Shown here: positions 47,901-62,012 of the stretch, piece after piece
Layout of the letters: each line of letters opens with the position of its first letter
Numbering within the stretch: position 1 is the first letter of the stretch
Notes under the pieces: generated by a model
Told to the model about the DNA's origin: nothing
The model's database searches: none
What the model saw: only the letters and a program-made list of their open reading frames with translations
Translations under genes and position numbers: made by a program
Assembly: GCA_964016885.1 (NCBI GenBank)
Contig: OZ024742.1
Coordinates: 29,202,001 to 29,266,000, forward strand
DNA length: 64,000 nucleotides
Reading direction: 5' to 3'
Source: Eledone cirrhosa
Lineage: Eukaryota

Positions 47901-49590
47901 TCTTACTAACATCTTACCAACATCTTACTAACATCTTACTAACATCTTACCAACATATTACTAAAATCTTACTAACATCTTACTAACATCGAACATCTTA
48001 CTAACATCTTACTAACATCTTACTAACATCTTACCAACATATTACTAAAATCTTACTAACATCTTACTAACATCGAACATCTTACTAACATCTTACTAAC
48101 AACTTACTAACATCTTACCAACATATTACTAACATATTACTAACATCTTAGTAACCTCTCACTAACATCTTACACACATCTTACTAACATCTTACTAACA
48201 TCTTAGTAACATCTCACTAACATCTTACCAACATCTTACTAACATCTTAGTAACATCTCACTAACATCTTACTAACATCTTAGTAACATCTCACTAACAT
48301 CTTACTAACATCTTAGTAACATCTCACTAACATCTTACTAACATCTTAGTAACATCTCACTAACATCTTACTAACATCTTACTAACATCTTACTAACAAT
48401 GTTACTAACATCTTACCAACATCTTACTAATATCTCACTAACATCTTACCAACATCTCACTAACATCTTACTAACATCTCACCAACATCTTACTAACATC
48501 GAACATCTTACTAACATCTTACTAACATCTTACTAACATCTTACCAACATATTACTAAAATCTTACTAACATCTTACTAACATCAAACATCTTACTAACA
48601 TCTTACTAACATCTTACTAACATCTCACTAACATCTTACTAACATCTTACTAACATCTTACCAACATCTTACTAACATCTTACCAACAACTTACTAACAT
48701 CTTACCAACATCTTACCAACATCTTACTAACATCTTACCAACATCTTACTAACATCTTACTAACATCTTACCAACATATTACTAAAATCTTACTAACATC
48801 TTACTAACATCGAACATCTTACTAACATCTTACTAACATCTTACCAACATATTACTAAAATCTTACTAACATCTTACTAACATCGAACATCTTACTAACA
48901 TCTTACTAACATCTTACTAACATCTTACCAACATATTACTAAAATCTTACTAACATCTTACTAACATCGAACATCTTACTAACATCTTACTAACAACTTA
49001 CTAACATCTTACTAACATCTTACCAACATCTTACTAACATCTTACCAACATCTTACTAACATCTTACTAACATCTTACCAACATATTACTAAAATCTTAC
49101 TAACATCTTACTAACATCGAACATCTTACTAACATCTTACTAACTTCTTACCAACATATTACTAAAATCTTACTAACATCTTACTAACATCGAGCATCTT
49201 ACTAACATCTTACTAACATCTTACTAACATCTTACCAACATATTACTAAAATCTTACTAACATCTTACTAACATCGAACATCTTACTAACATCTTACTAA
49301 CATCTTACTAACATCTCACTAACATCTTACTAACATCTTACTAACATCTTACCAACATCTTACTAACATCTTACTAACATCTTACCAACATCTTAGTAAC
49401 ATCTCACTAACATCTTACCAACATCTTACTAACATCTTAGTAACATCTCACTAACATCTCACTAACATCTCATTAACATCTCACTAACATCTTACTAACA
49501 TCTAACATTTTACAAACATCTTACCAATATCTTACTAACATCTTACCAACATCTTACTAACATCTTACCAACATCTTACCAACATCTTAC
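44998..49590. repeat. 11-bp satellite (AACATCTTACT)n, roughly 400 units, with higher-order duplication
   Basis: Variants AACATCTTACC, AACATATTACT, AAAATCTTACT, AACATCG; rare marker variants recur at an offset of 2393 bp. Confidence 0.97.
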
Positions 49591-49741
49591 CATGATGTCG
49601 GTAAGGAATATACTGTATAAACATGACTGGAAACCTTCGTAACATTAATTTTACTTTACGTCGTTTCCAATTAAGTGCCACTTCCCAAAAATCTGTCATC
49701 GGCATTAACAAAGGACTGTCAATAACAACACACACACACAC

Positions 49742-49773
<32 letters not shown>

Positions 49774-49858
49774 TTATATTCATAAACATATGCATATATA
49801 TTATTTCTATTTACATACATGCTTCCATGTATATGTATATTTACATACACACACACAC

Positions 49859-49900
<42 letters not shown>

Positions 49901-49973
49901 TTATATTCATAAACATATGCATATATATTATTTCTATTTACATACATGCTTCCATGTATATGTATATTTACAT

Positions 49974-50151
<178 letters not shown>

Positions 50152-50162
50152 TATATACATAC

Positions 50163-50208
<46 letters not shown>

Positions 50209-50248
50209 TATACATATATATATATATATATGTATGTATGTATGAATG

Positions 50249-50295
<47 letters not shown>

Positions 50296-50656
50296 GTGTG
50301 TGTGTGTGTATTTATATATATATGTATATATATACGTATCTGTGTGTGTGTGTGTGTGTGTGTGTGTAACTACGTATAGCAACTCCTGTGACTTCTATGT
50401 CCTACTCTCCAGCTCGCTACAATCATCCTTGTCATTTGTGTGAGTTCTTATAACGGTGGTAAAGAAGAAAGATTCCTACAGTCAGTTTTACATGACATCT
50501 GCGGGACACCTGCCTATTATGACAGCAAGACTTCAACAGATCAATTGTAATGTTGACTGGAAATGGGCATATGTTGTCAGAAACATTGCTGTGATGGCCA
50601 TAAAGGATGTAAGCATGTACTTTTGTTTCTCTCCCCCCCCCCCCCCTTTCCTCCCA

Positions 50657-50704
<48 letters not shown>

Positions 50705-50818
50705 GTCTGTCTCTCTATATATATCCCCACCACCACCCCACTCTCAAGAGCGTGAAACTAATAAACCTTTGCTCGTACTGCCTCTCTCTTTTGTTCCCAT
50801 TCAATTTTTCACTATATA

Positions 50819-50854
<36 letters not shown>

Positions 50855-50902
50855 TGTATGTATGCATGTGTGTGTGTGTGTGTATTATATATGTATCTAT
50901 GT

Positions 50903-51240
50903 GAAGGTACATGGTTAAGTGATTAGAGCATTTGGCTTGCAATTGAGAGGTTGTGCGTTCGATTCTCGGACCGGCTGATGCGTTAATTCCTTGAGCAAGA
51001 CACTTTATTTCACACTACTACAGTTTAATCAGCTGTAGAAATGAGTTGCGACGTCACTGGTGCCAAGCTGTATCGGTCATTGCCTTTCCTGTGGACAACA
51101 TTGGTGACGTGGAGAGGGGAGACTGGTGTGCATGGGCGACTACTGGTCTTCCACAAAACAAACCTTGCCCCAGTTTGTGCCTCGGAGGGAAACTTTCTAT
51201 GTACAAAACCATGGCTATTCGTGGCCGAGTGGGAGCCAAA
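50903..51240 (+). mobile_element. tRNA-headed CORE-like SINE
   Basis: A-box TGGTTAAGTGA, B-box GTTCGATTC, CCTTGAGCAAGACACTTT; 3' part repeated at 55985-56135. Confidence 0.8.
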
Positions 51241-51285
51241 ACAAATGTATATTCATTTATACATATATATATGTATAAATATATA

Positions 51286-51334
<49 letters not shown>

Positions 51335-51340
51335 ACATAT

Positions 51341-51425
<85 letters not shown>

Positions 51426-51450
51426 ACATATATATATGTATACATATATA

Positions 51451-51532
<82 letters not shown>

Positions 51533-51590
51533 TTGGAAATCATAACTAATTTTTATATTCCACAATGCGTCAAGCAAACAACAACAAACA

Positions 51591-51729
<139 letters not shown>

Positions 51730-51798
51730 ATATAAAGTGTCTTGCTCAAGGATATAACGCATCGCCCGGTCCAGGAATAACAATACAAGAGTGTTGTG

Positions 51799-51844
<46 letters not shown>

Positions 51845-52029
51845 TAATAAAAACAACGAATAAAAACAAAGAACAAGTTCCTTATATTAAAAAATTCATC
51901 ATTTTACGATCGTTTCTAGGATATATATGCGTTTGTTGGTATGTATATCATATAGATCTATGTAAAAAATTTACAAACTATCAGAGGAAATATGCATACC
52001 TTCACATATATATGCTGTCTTCAGAAATA

Positions 52030-52085
<56 letters not shown>

Positions 52086-53059
52086 CACAACACTCCTGTA
52101 TTGTAACCTACGGTGTTGGTTACAATCCCACACTTCGTGGCAACTTGTTATTTAATATATCTTTGAATTCGCCGATGATATGTTAGTGAAATTAAATCGA
52201 TAGAAATTGTTGGAAACAGGCTGTACCTATAATTCAATTGAACACCTTTGTCATTCATTGTGTAAGCCCCCCCCCCTCTGAAGCTCTCTCAGAATTCCCT
52301 AAAGTGTGCGCCTCTCTATGTAACGTTTAGTTCACTTAAATATTAATTTCATGTACAGGCTGTTCCTATGATTGGAAAACTGGCTTACTCCTCGTCGAAA
52401 CAGACGGCGGTCAATCCTTTTTGGGTGTTTGTATCTGTGAGTGTGCATGTGGAGGGTACCTGCATCTGTGTGTGCGTGTGTTTGTTTGTTTTTGAGTGTG
52501 TGCGTGTGTGTATATGTGTGTGTGTGTAAATGATAGACTGGGTTTGGGAAAATGAGATTAAGATACTAATGAAATCAATAAAAGATGTACTCCTTGCTTC
52601 AATAGAACCCATCTTTATACTCTCTCAGTCACTAACCTACAAATCTTGGCTTTCTGCCTAGTCTAAAGGAATCAATTTTAATCAGACTTTCTTTACCCTT
52701 GTCTCCAAGATGATTTCATGAAACTACCCACACTATTTTACTTCTATCTCATCTGTTGTGTTCACCTATTTCTCTTAATTACTGATACGTTTAGCAGCCA
52801 AGTCAAATAAATAATAATCAACTAGTCTTACTTCTCTCTCTCCTTTATTTTATACTTTACTACAGATATATCATGGTAGAAATATATTCCTCATTGTCCT
52901 TCATGCATTCACATTTCCTCCACTCCTACCATCTATATATATATATATATATATATATATCCATTTATCCATCTATCTGTCTATATATATGTACGTCTAT
53001 CTATCCATCCACCTTTCTATCCTTCCAGCTATATATACATCTATCTATCTATCTATCTA

Positions 53060-54175
53060 AGGCTACGGCACCTCTACGTATTCCTCACCGGACAACCGGT
53101 GTGGGCCTCGTTTGTGAGACGAACCTTTCCCAGACTCGTCTCACTCACAGAGCTGCAATCCTGGGTCAAGCAAAGACCGAGAAAACTGGGCGCCTGGCAC
53201 ACTGAGTGTGCCCAGGCGCTCACCGCCCTCTGGCAGGCGGATCCGGTTATCAGTGGAGACTCCACCGCAACATTCTATAGAGGGCTGGTACGCAGCAGGT
53301 GCGACGACGCCCTCGGAGAAGCCCTAGACATGGAGGAGGACGAACTGGCCAGCCTGTTCGGTAGGACATTCAGCCCGGGACCTATGGACAACTTCCAGAA
53401 GTCCCTGGCCTGGCAGTGCTACCGAGGGGCTTTACCCGTTCGAGAAAGGCTCTACAGACACGGGCGCCCGGGTAGGGACCCCGCCAAAAAGATCTGTCCC
53501 AGATGCGTGTGCGACGAGGAAACCGTTGCACACGCATTAGTACACTGCTCGGGCGTAGCCGATCTGTGGGGCTATGTCGAACAACTGCTGTCAAGGGTGG
53601 GACCGATCCGGTTGACCACCGAGTCTATTGTAATGATCAAGCCGCCTCCCCCCTTCAAAGATGAAGCAGAGGCGGTGTTTCTGTGCGTAATAGCCATGGC
53701 GAAAGAGGTTGTATGGTGGACGCGTCTGAAAGGACTGAGGTCGGGCACCTTTCTCTCTGGCCAACAACTGGTCCGTTTCTTCCGATATCATTTCGGAAGA
53801 AGGATCAGGATGGAGAGAGAGGTGCTGCACCCCAGCCGTTTCTATGAAAGATGGGTGAAAGTGGCGAGAATGGCCCGTGTGAATGGGCCTTCACTCTACA
53901 TCAGACTATAGGTGAGGAAGATGAAAGTCCAAGGGAGCACCCCTTCTCTGTGCTCCTGAGGAGAAGGGTTGCACACTTTTTTCGGGCGTGTGTGCGACCC
54001 CCCAAGGCGCCTCCTCTCTATTGAGGATTTTGTTAAAAATTTTATTTTTTGTTATATCTTATTTTATTTTTATATTTTGTTATTGCCTCCTCCTTATTGA
54101 GGACGCCTTTTTGTGTAAACTCCCCCCTTTGTACTTGTCCCACTTTTGATGCCCTAGTGGCAAATAAAAGAAACA

Positions 54176-54176
<1 letters not shown>
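53060..54176 (+). mobile_element. 5'-truncated Tx1-like element E inserted in (ATCT)n
   Basis: ORF 53099-53911 is homologous to the ORF2 C-terminus (MDNFQKSLAWQCYRGALPVR, CPRC..ETVAH..C); 3' end CCCTAGTGGCAAATAAAAGAAAC then ATCT repeats; ATCT repeats also at 5' flank. Confidence 0.92.
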
Positions 54177-54233
<57 letters not shown>

Positions 54234-54243
54234 ACTATCTATA

Positions 54244-54274
<31 letters not shown>

Positions 54275-54327
54275 ATATCTATCTATCTATCTAACTATCT
54301 ATATATCTATCTATCTATCTATCTATC

Positions 54328-54437
54328 GATTGTTGAAATTGTTTGTTTTTATATTTTTTACACGACTGTATGTAAAATCCCCGGCATGTCTTTGTATTGT
54401 CCCCTTTTCTTGTTGCGCCCTTGTGGCTAATAAAGAA

Positions 54438-54440
<3 letters not shown>
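54328..54440 (+). mobile_element. 3'-UTR-only Tx1-like fragment F in the same (ATCT)n tract
   Basis: TGTATTGTCCCC...GCCCTTGTGGCTAATAAAGAAATC(TATC)n matches the 3' ends of A-D. Confidence 0.8.
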
Positions 54441-54472
<32 letters not shown>

Positions 54473-55984
54473 CATCTATCTATCTATCCATTTCTCCATC
54501 CATCTATCCATCTATCCAGCAACCAGCCAGCCAGCCAGCCAACCATCCATCCAGCCAGCCATCTATGTCTACCCATCCATCTATCCATCTTTTCACCAGC
54601 CAACCAGCCACCAGCCAGCCAGCATCTATCTCTACCCATCCATCTATCCATCTATCCAGCAACCAGCCAGCCAGCCAGCCAGCCAGCAACCAGCCAGCCA
54701 GCCAGCCAGCCAGCCATCTATCATCCATTTTTACAGTGGAACAGAAAGAGAAAAGCAGAAACTTGAAACAACTTTGATAAATCAATTTTCCCAGAACAAA
54801 GATGTGGAAATACTATTACCAAAAACCTTTCTCTCGTTTATTAACGTGCAAAATTTTCTCTCTTTCTATAGAGAATCTCGCAACAATAATTGTGTAATTC
54901 GATTTAAAACTGCCTAGTTTAAGCATATATCTATTGCTCACAGCTTCTTTTCAAATGCATAGTTATGTCGCCGTGAAAAAACCTTCTTTGACAGGTAGGT
55001 TATATTAAAAGAATAGCATTTTAATCACTGCAGAATTTACTGCATTTGGGTAGTGTCAGGAACATACAATTAGATTTGCTTAGATCAATTAACATCAATT
55101 GAAAGAAACTAATAAAGTATATTTTGTTATATTATTAACGAGAAATGTCTGCAACTATCCGTATAATAACATTTCCCTATTTTTATGTGACATTTAACTA
55201 CATTTCATCACATATTTTATTGTAGCTATTTCAGGTTGTTCTTGCTACCTTATCGAAATAGCGTCCATAGAATATGGCATTCTCATTGCTATTATTGACT
55301 GCTAACTAGACTGAGATAATTATTGAAATGGCAAATAAATTAGGTACACAGTGTGTTTCAACGAGATAGGTCACAGCCTATAGGTATTGATTCTTTGCTA
55401 ACTGAATTCTCTATTACTGAGTGTAAGGAAATGAGACACATACACTTATTTCAATACATAGCACGAAGTATTCAGTATTCAGTATTCGACAGATTGTGTC
55501 AATATTGGATGTATGAGCAAATCCCATTCAAACCTAACAGTATTCAAACTCAGCAAAAATAGGAAAAAAATAAACAATAGCAAAATAGTGAAAGGAGTGA
55601 TTTGGATGTTTAACACCCAAACATAAAATATGCTGCTCTATCACATACACTGATGAGCAAATAAATCCTGGTTTATAAGGAGAATGAGAAAAATAAAATA
55701 TCTGTGCTCTACTATATGGAAACAATGAAAAACAAAAATACTGAATATAAAACAAATTTATCCTCCTATATACAGTAAACTTGCAGTCAAAATATATACC
55801 ATGTATATTTATCTAAACAACATCAATACCTCTGTACGATTTTATACACTAAATATCTAGTCACTGTGTCTATCTATCCCATCAACATCTAGAAGCTGTA
55901 TCTATCTCTGAAGTCAACATCTAGAAGCTGTATCTATCTCTGAAGTCAACATCTATACTGTTTTTATCTCTCTATTATAAGCCA

Positions 55985-56135
55985 TACCTTGGATAACATC
56001 GGTGGCGGGGAGAGGGAGTGACGGGTATACAAGGGCGACTGCTGGTCTTCCATAAACAACCTTACCTGGACTTATGCCACGGAGGGTCAAATCCCATAGT
56101 CACTTGTGACCGAAGGGAGGTCTTTACCCTTTACA
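55985..56135 (+). mobile_element. SINE 3' fragment (family of 50903-51240)
   Basis: GGGCGACTGCTGGTCTTCCATAAACAACCTT...CGGAGGG. Confidence 0.6.
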
Positions 56136-56189
56136 AGCCATACCCTATATTTGGCCAGTCAAGCTCTACAAATGGTTTCTATCTGCTCA

Positions 56190-58795
56190 ATCAACATCTA
56201 CACACTGTCTATATATACAGCCAACATCTACACACTGTATCAATATATCCAGTCAGCATCTACACACTGTCTATATATCCAGTCAACATCTACACACTGT
56301 GTCTATATATCCAGTCAACATCTACACACTGTCTATATATCCAGTCAACATCTACACACTGTCTATATATACAGCCAACATCTACACACTGTATCAATAT
56401 ATCCAGTCAGCATCTACACACTGTGTCTATATATCCAGTCAACATCTACACACTGTGTCTATATATCCAGTCAACATCTACACACTGTGTCTATATATAC
56501 AGTCAACATCTACACACTGTGTCTATATATCCAGTCAACATCTACACACTGTCTATATATCTAGTCAATATCTACACACTGTCTATATATCCAGTCAACA
56601 TCTACACACTGTCTATATATCCAGTCAACATCTACACACTGTGTCTATATGTCCAGTCAACATCTACACACTGTCTATATATCCAGCCAACATCTACACA
56701 CTGTCTATATATCCAGTCAACATCTACACACTGTGTCTATATATCCAGTCAACATCTACACACTGTGTCTATATATCCAGTCAACATCTACACACTGTCT
56801 ATATATCCAGTCAACATCTACACACTGTCTATATATCCAGTCAACATCTACACACTGTCTCTATATCCAGTCAACATCTACACTGTCTATATATCCAGTC
56901 AACATCTACACACTGTGTCTATATATCCAGTCAACATCTACACTGTCTATATATCCAGTCAACATCTACACACTGTCTATATATCCAGTCAACATCTACA
57001 CACTGTCTCTGTATCCAGTCAACATCTACACTGTCTATATATCCAGTCAACATCTACACACTGTGTCTATATATCCAGTCAACATCTACACTGTCTATAT
57101 ATCCAGTCAACATCTACACACTGTCTATATATACAGCCAACATTTACACACTGTATCAATATATCCAGTCAACATCTACACACTGTCTATATATCCAGTC
57201 AACATCTACACACTGTGTCTATATATACAACCAACATCTACACACTGTGTCTATATATCCAGTCTACATCTACACACTGTCTATATATACGGCCAAAATC
57301 TACACACTGTATCAATATATCCAGTCAACATCTACACACACTGTGTCTATATATCCAGTCAACATCTACACACTGTCTATATATCCAGTCAACATCTACA
57401 CACACTGTCTATATATCCAGTCAACATCTACACACTGTGTCTATATATCCAGTCAACATCTACAAACTGTCTATATATCCAGTCAACATCTACACACACT
57501 GTCTATATATCCAGTCAACATCTACACACTGTCTATATATCCAATCAACGTCTACACACAGTGTCTATATATCCAGTCAATATCTACACACTCTATATAT
57601 CCAGTCAACATCTACACACTGTCTATATATCCAGTCAACATCTACACACTGTCTATATATCCAGTCAACATCTACACACTGTCTATATATCCAGTCAACA
57701 TCTACACACTGTGTCTATATATCCAGTCAACATCTACACACAGTGTCTATATATCCAGCCAACATCTACACACTGTGTCTATATATCCAGTCAACATCTA
57801 CACACTGTCTATATATCCAGTCAACATCTACGCACAGTGTCTATATATCCAGTCAACATCTACACACTGTCTATATATCCAGTCAACATCTACACACTGT
57901 GTCTATATATCCAGTCAACATCTGCACACAGTGTCTATATATCCAGCCAACATCTACACACTGTGTTTATATATCCAGTCAACATCTACACACTGTCTAT
58001 ATATCCAGTCAACATCTACGCACAGTGTCTATATATCCAGTCAACATCTACACACTGTCTATATATCCAGTCAACATCTACACACTGTCTATATATCCAG
58101 TCAACATCTACACACTGTGTCTATATATCCAGTCAACATCTACACACAGTGTCTATATATCCAGCCAACATCTACACACTGTCTATATATCCAGTCAACA
58201 TCTACACACTGTCTATATATCCAGTCAACATCTACACACACTGTCTATATATCCAGTCAACATCTACACACTGTCTATATATCCAGTCAACATCTACACA
58301 CTGTGTCTATATATCCAGTCAACATCTACACACTGTCTATATATCCAGTCAACATCTACACACTGTCTATAAATCCAGTCAACATCTACACACTGTCTAT
58401 ATATACAGCCAACATCTACACACTGTATCAATATATCCAGTCAACATCTACACACTGTCTATATATCCAGTCAACATCTACACACTGTCTATATATCCAG
58501 TCAACATCTACACACTGTCTATATATCCAGTCAACATCTACACTGTCTATATATCCAGTCAACATCTACACACTGTGTCTATATATCCAGTCAACATCTA
58601 CACACTGTGCCTATATATCCAGTCAACATCTACACACTGTCTATATATCCAGTCAACATCTACACACTGTCTATAAATCCAGTCAACATCTACACACTGT
58701 CTATATATCCAGTCAACATCTACACTGTCTATATATCCAGTCAACATCTACACACTGTTTATATATCTAGTCAACATCTACACACTGTCTATATA
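56190..58795. repeat. ~30-bp minisatellite (CCAGTCAACATCTACACACTGTCTATATAT; 28/30/32-bp variants)
   Basis: Directly visible; length varies by +/- CA or GT. Confidence 0.97.
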
Positions 58796-59294
58796 TGCCT
58801 GTCTATCTAGTGAGCATGTTACTCAACGTGACTGAGTGAAGGTATAAAGGTGTGTGTTATTGAGCACAACTCAACTGATTCAACCCATGATACCACGTAG
58901 TGTGATCGAACCCATCATCTAATGGCGACGAGACTTGTTAACCATTTGGCCATACTTTGTCCAGTAAAAACACATTTGAAGATTACAAAAGCGGTCCGAA
59001 TCTAGCTTGTAGAGTTCCTTCCTGTGTGAACTGGATTGACGGAAGAAACTGCCGCCTTTAGAGCACCAATGGTTTTTCAGTACTTCCCAAATTTATCAGC
59101 AAATCTAGCTAGAACTAGCTTTCACTATAAATTTCCGATTTTATCAATTCTTTTGATAGAATAAGACTGATTATAGTTTTAAGGTCAGCAATGTCAATGT
59201 AAGTCTATATGGGCTGTTATCAATATCAGATATCTTTTTAATCAGGTGGAAGAAAATTGTTTGATCGCTACATTTGATTTAGTAATTCGAGATC

Positions 59295-59328
59295 AGTAGC
59301 AGCAGCGGCAACGGTAGCAGCATAAATT

Positions 59329-59376
<48 letters not shown>

Positions 59377-59390
59377 ACAGCAGCAGCAGC

Positions 59391-59452
<62 letters not shown>

Positions 59453-59457
59453 AGTAA

Positions 59458-59520
<63 letters not shown>
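59295..59520. repeat. (TAG)n/(CAG)n microsatellite
   Basis: Directly visible. Confidence 0.95.
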
Positions 59521-59521
<1 letters not shown>

Positions 59522-59589
59522 TTAACTTATATATGCTAAGCCTGATATTATGACCTCTCGTGGTGACCTCAGATTTATCAGATTGCCAA

Positions 59590-59840
59590 AATCGCATCCC
59601 AAAGACTAAGATTCCTCTTTAAGACCAGGGAATTCTTCACCACTAGTCTGTTGTTGACCCTCTACAAAGCTTACGTAAGACATAGAGGGCAGTATAGCCC
59701 ATACATCTATAGCATGGTGTTGCTCTTATTGCTACTTATACAAATACTTTGGACACTATCCAAATAATAGTGATTAGTCTAATTATCAAAGATTCAATTA
59801 AGAACTGTCCTCACTCGCCATTATACAGACGCATGCTGCT
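59590..59840 (+). mobile_element. Highly decayed CR1/L2/Jockey-like RT C-terminal remnant
   Basis: LTLYKAYVR...QYSPYIY...LDTIQ-like translation. Confidence 0.3.
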
Positions 59841-60078
59841 TTATTTATCTCTTATCTACCACCATGAAATACTAGTTTTTGACGTTCTCATGTGGTCACT
59901 GTAGTAGATGAGACACGACCAGAGTTTTACAATACCTATACCGAAACTTATGTATGTCTATTATACATAAACATATAACCATTATCTTTCTCTCTCTCTC
60001 CTTCTCCCTCACCTTTGTCCACGCTACCGGCACATGACTTAACGCGTTTACCGAACCCGCACTGGAAACTTGTTATAT

Positions 60079-60115
60079 TCCTCTGAAGAAGAGATTTTAT
60101 CTCGAAATATCAGGA
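60079..60115 (+). ncRNA. Minimal type I hammerhead motif
   Basis: TCCT-CTGAAGA-AGAGATTTTATCTC-GAAA-TAT-C-AGGA; AUC site. Confidence 0.72.
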
Positions 60116-60632
60116 CAGATAAATATATAAGTAAAAACATAACATCTTGTTTCGTCTCATTTTCTTGTTTGTCCATTTCGCATTAATGTGACCATCGAAC
60201 ATCACATTTTTTATACCGTACACAATGTTTCAAGCAAACTACAATTTTCTCATATATTGTATATGCTTTTAAATACGCCTCTGTTCTGAATCCCGCTGTG
60301 TTAGTTGTACTGCTGATACCAGTGAGGTGTTGGTACGCTGTAGAGAAAATAATTGTGTGTTAATAGCATATATCAACAGGATAGTGGAGAGAAAACACCG
60401 ATTACCAACCGGTCGATATATCATCAACGTTTATACACATAAATGATGTCTGATGACATCTTATCTAACTGATTACATCTAATTTATAATTACATAACAA
60501 CAAACATATGGCATTGAAATACATATAACAGCTTTTGTATGAAAAATGTAATGTGGTGAAATAAAAAACTTATTGCTTTTTATTACATTAATATATATAT
60601 ATATGTGTGTGTGTGTATGTGTGTGTGTGTAC

Positions 60633-60698
<66 letters not shown>

Positions 60699-61298
60699 AT
60701 ATATATATATATATATTGACCAGTTAATTTTATTGTTCATTTTTTGTCGATTCTATTAAATGATGAATAGCTCCTGTTTATTTTAACAAGTCTATTGAGC
60801 ACTCTTATTTGATATGTGTATTTCCACATTTTCCCGAATATTTTTCGCGGATGTAGAGGTTATCTCCCTTGCCGAATTCCATGTGCGTATTTAGCTTGGG
60901 TTATGCCTTTTCATTCGTTTGGACAAAGCTCGTTGAAGAAGTAAATTTCCTGTCCACTGGTACCTAGAAGTCTTATATATTTTATGTGAGCTGATAGAGA
61001 ACAGTTTAAGGATTTACAGAAACCCAAGAAGCTAGATTTAACATCTTCCAAGCGGGTCCGGGTATGCTTTTTACATTCATTTGTTTTATTGATTTTATTG
61101 ATTTTTTATCTGAGTGTCCCGAATCTTCCAGATCGCAACTTTTCGATCGTACGGTTGATTATAGACTTGTTCTGTGTGTGACGGTATTTTAACGATAGTT
61201 ATAGCTCTGATTTATCTAAATTATGGAGCCCTCTGCCGCTCATATCGAATTTTGTTTATCGCGAACTCGTGCGCCGATTTTTCGATACTCGATTATTC

Positions 61299-61369
<71 letters not shown>

Positions 61370-61559
61370 GAGAGTGGGAGCGAGAGAGGAATGAAAAATC
61401 CCGGCGCCAAGTGGTCTGCTCGGTCACAGCACCACAGACTCTACTTATATACATGGTGGCTGCCAACTCGTTTTCGAGTACGGCCACCACTTTATATCCA
61501 TGTAGGAACACGCTACCGATGCACTCTGGTACAAACACTACACTTGTGACAATTATTGT

Positions 61560-62012
61560 CACAGTGCTGGGCCCATAGTACCATGTGACAACAAGTGCAG
61601 CGAGATCTCCAGATATAAAGCAATGCCTGTGCCGTGAAGCTTTTATAGTGAGCAAAGGCACTACACAAAACCAGTCCCACTCTCTTAACCAAGATGATAT
61701 TTACCAAACAGAAGAACAGGCCAACATCATTGGATACCATCAGGGTTGCAGGTGTTATATCAGAGTTTTCTTTCTCCTAGAATTCTGCCCTGACAAAGGC
61801 TAAGGAGTCATCTCTCCCAGTGATTTTGGATGGCCATTGGCTCTTAAGAGCTACTTTGACAGGTTTTGTTTTTAGTCCTGCTGTATGTCCAAAGTTACCC
61901 TCCTCACCAAGAAACCTTGGTGAGGTTGCCAGTTTAGTCGCCAACGACCCGACCATGAGACAGATTGTACTGGGATACATGTTACCAGTAGCACCAATTG
62001 GTGACCTGACAT
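61560..62012 (-). mobile_element. Probable RTE-type 5' UTR / SINE-like remnant next to (CATA)n
   Basis: Minus: TTAGCCTTTGTCAGGGCAGAATTCTAGGAGAAAGAAAACTCTGATAT; related to 32455-32580. Confidence 0.45.

Noticed and set aside
44998-49590. Telomere-like strand-asymmetric repeat
   Set aside because: No TTAGGG-type G-runs; internal location with unique flanks on both sides
50380-50615. Possible host exon (unique sequence ending AT|GTAAGC)
   Set aside because: No recognisable protein similarity or consistent frame; needs RNA-seq
52385-52440. Possible small minus-strand exon (CAG|...GA|GTAAGC)
   Set aside because: Too short to support without transcript data
55650-55695. CTGATGAG as a hammerhead core (similar partial hits at ~3021 and ~60450)
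   Set aside because: No stem II closed before a GAAA and no stem I pairing
56018-58770. Three long + strand ORFs (784, 823, 675 aa)
   Set aside because: Translations of a stop-free minisatellite, open in all frames with frame-shifting unit variants
60790-61020. Possible decayed GIY-YIG remnant on the minus strand (RALSKRMKRHNP)
   Set aside because: Too many stops and too little motif to call
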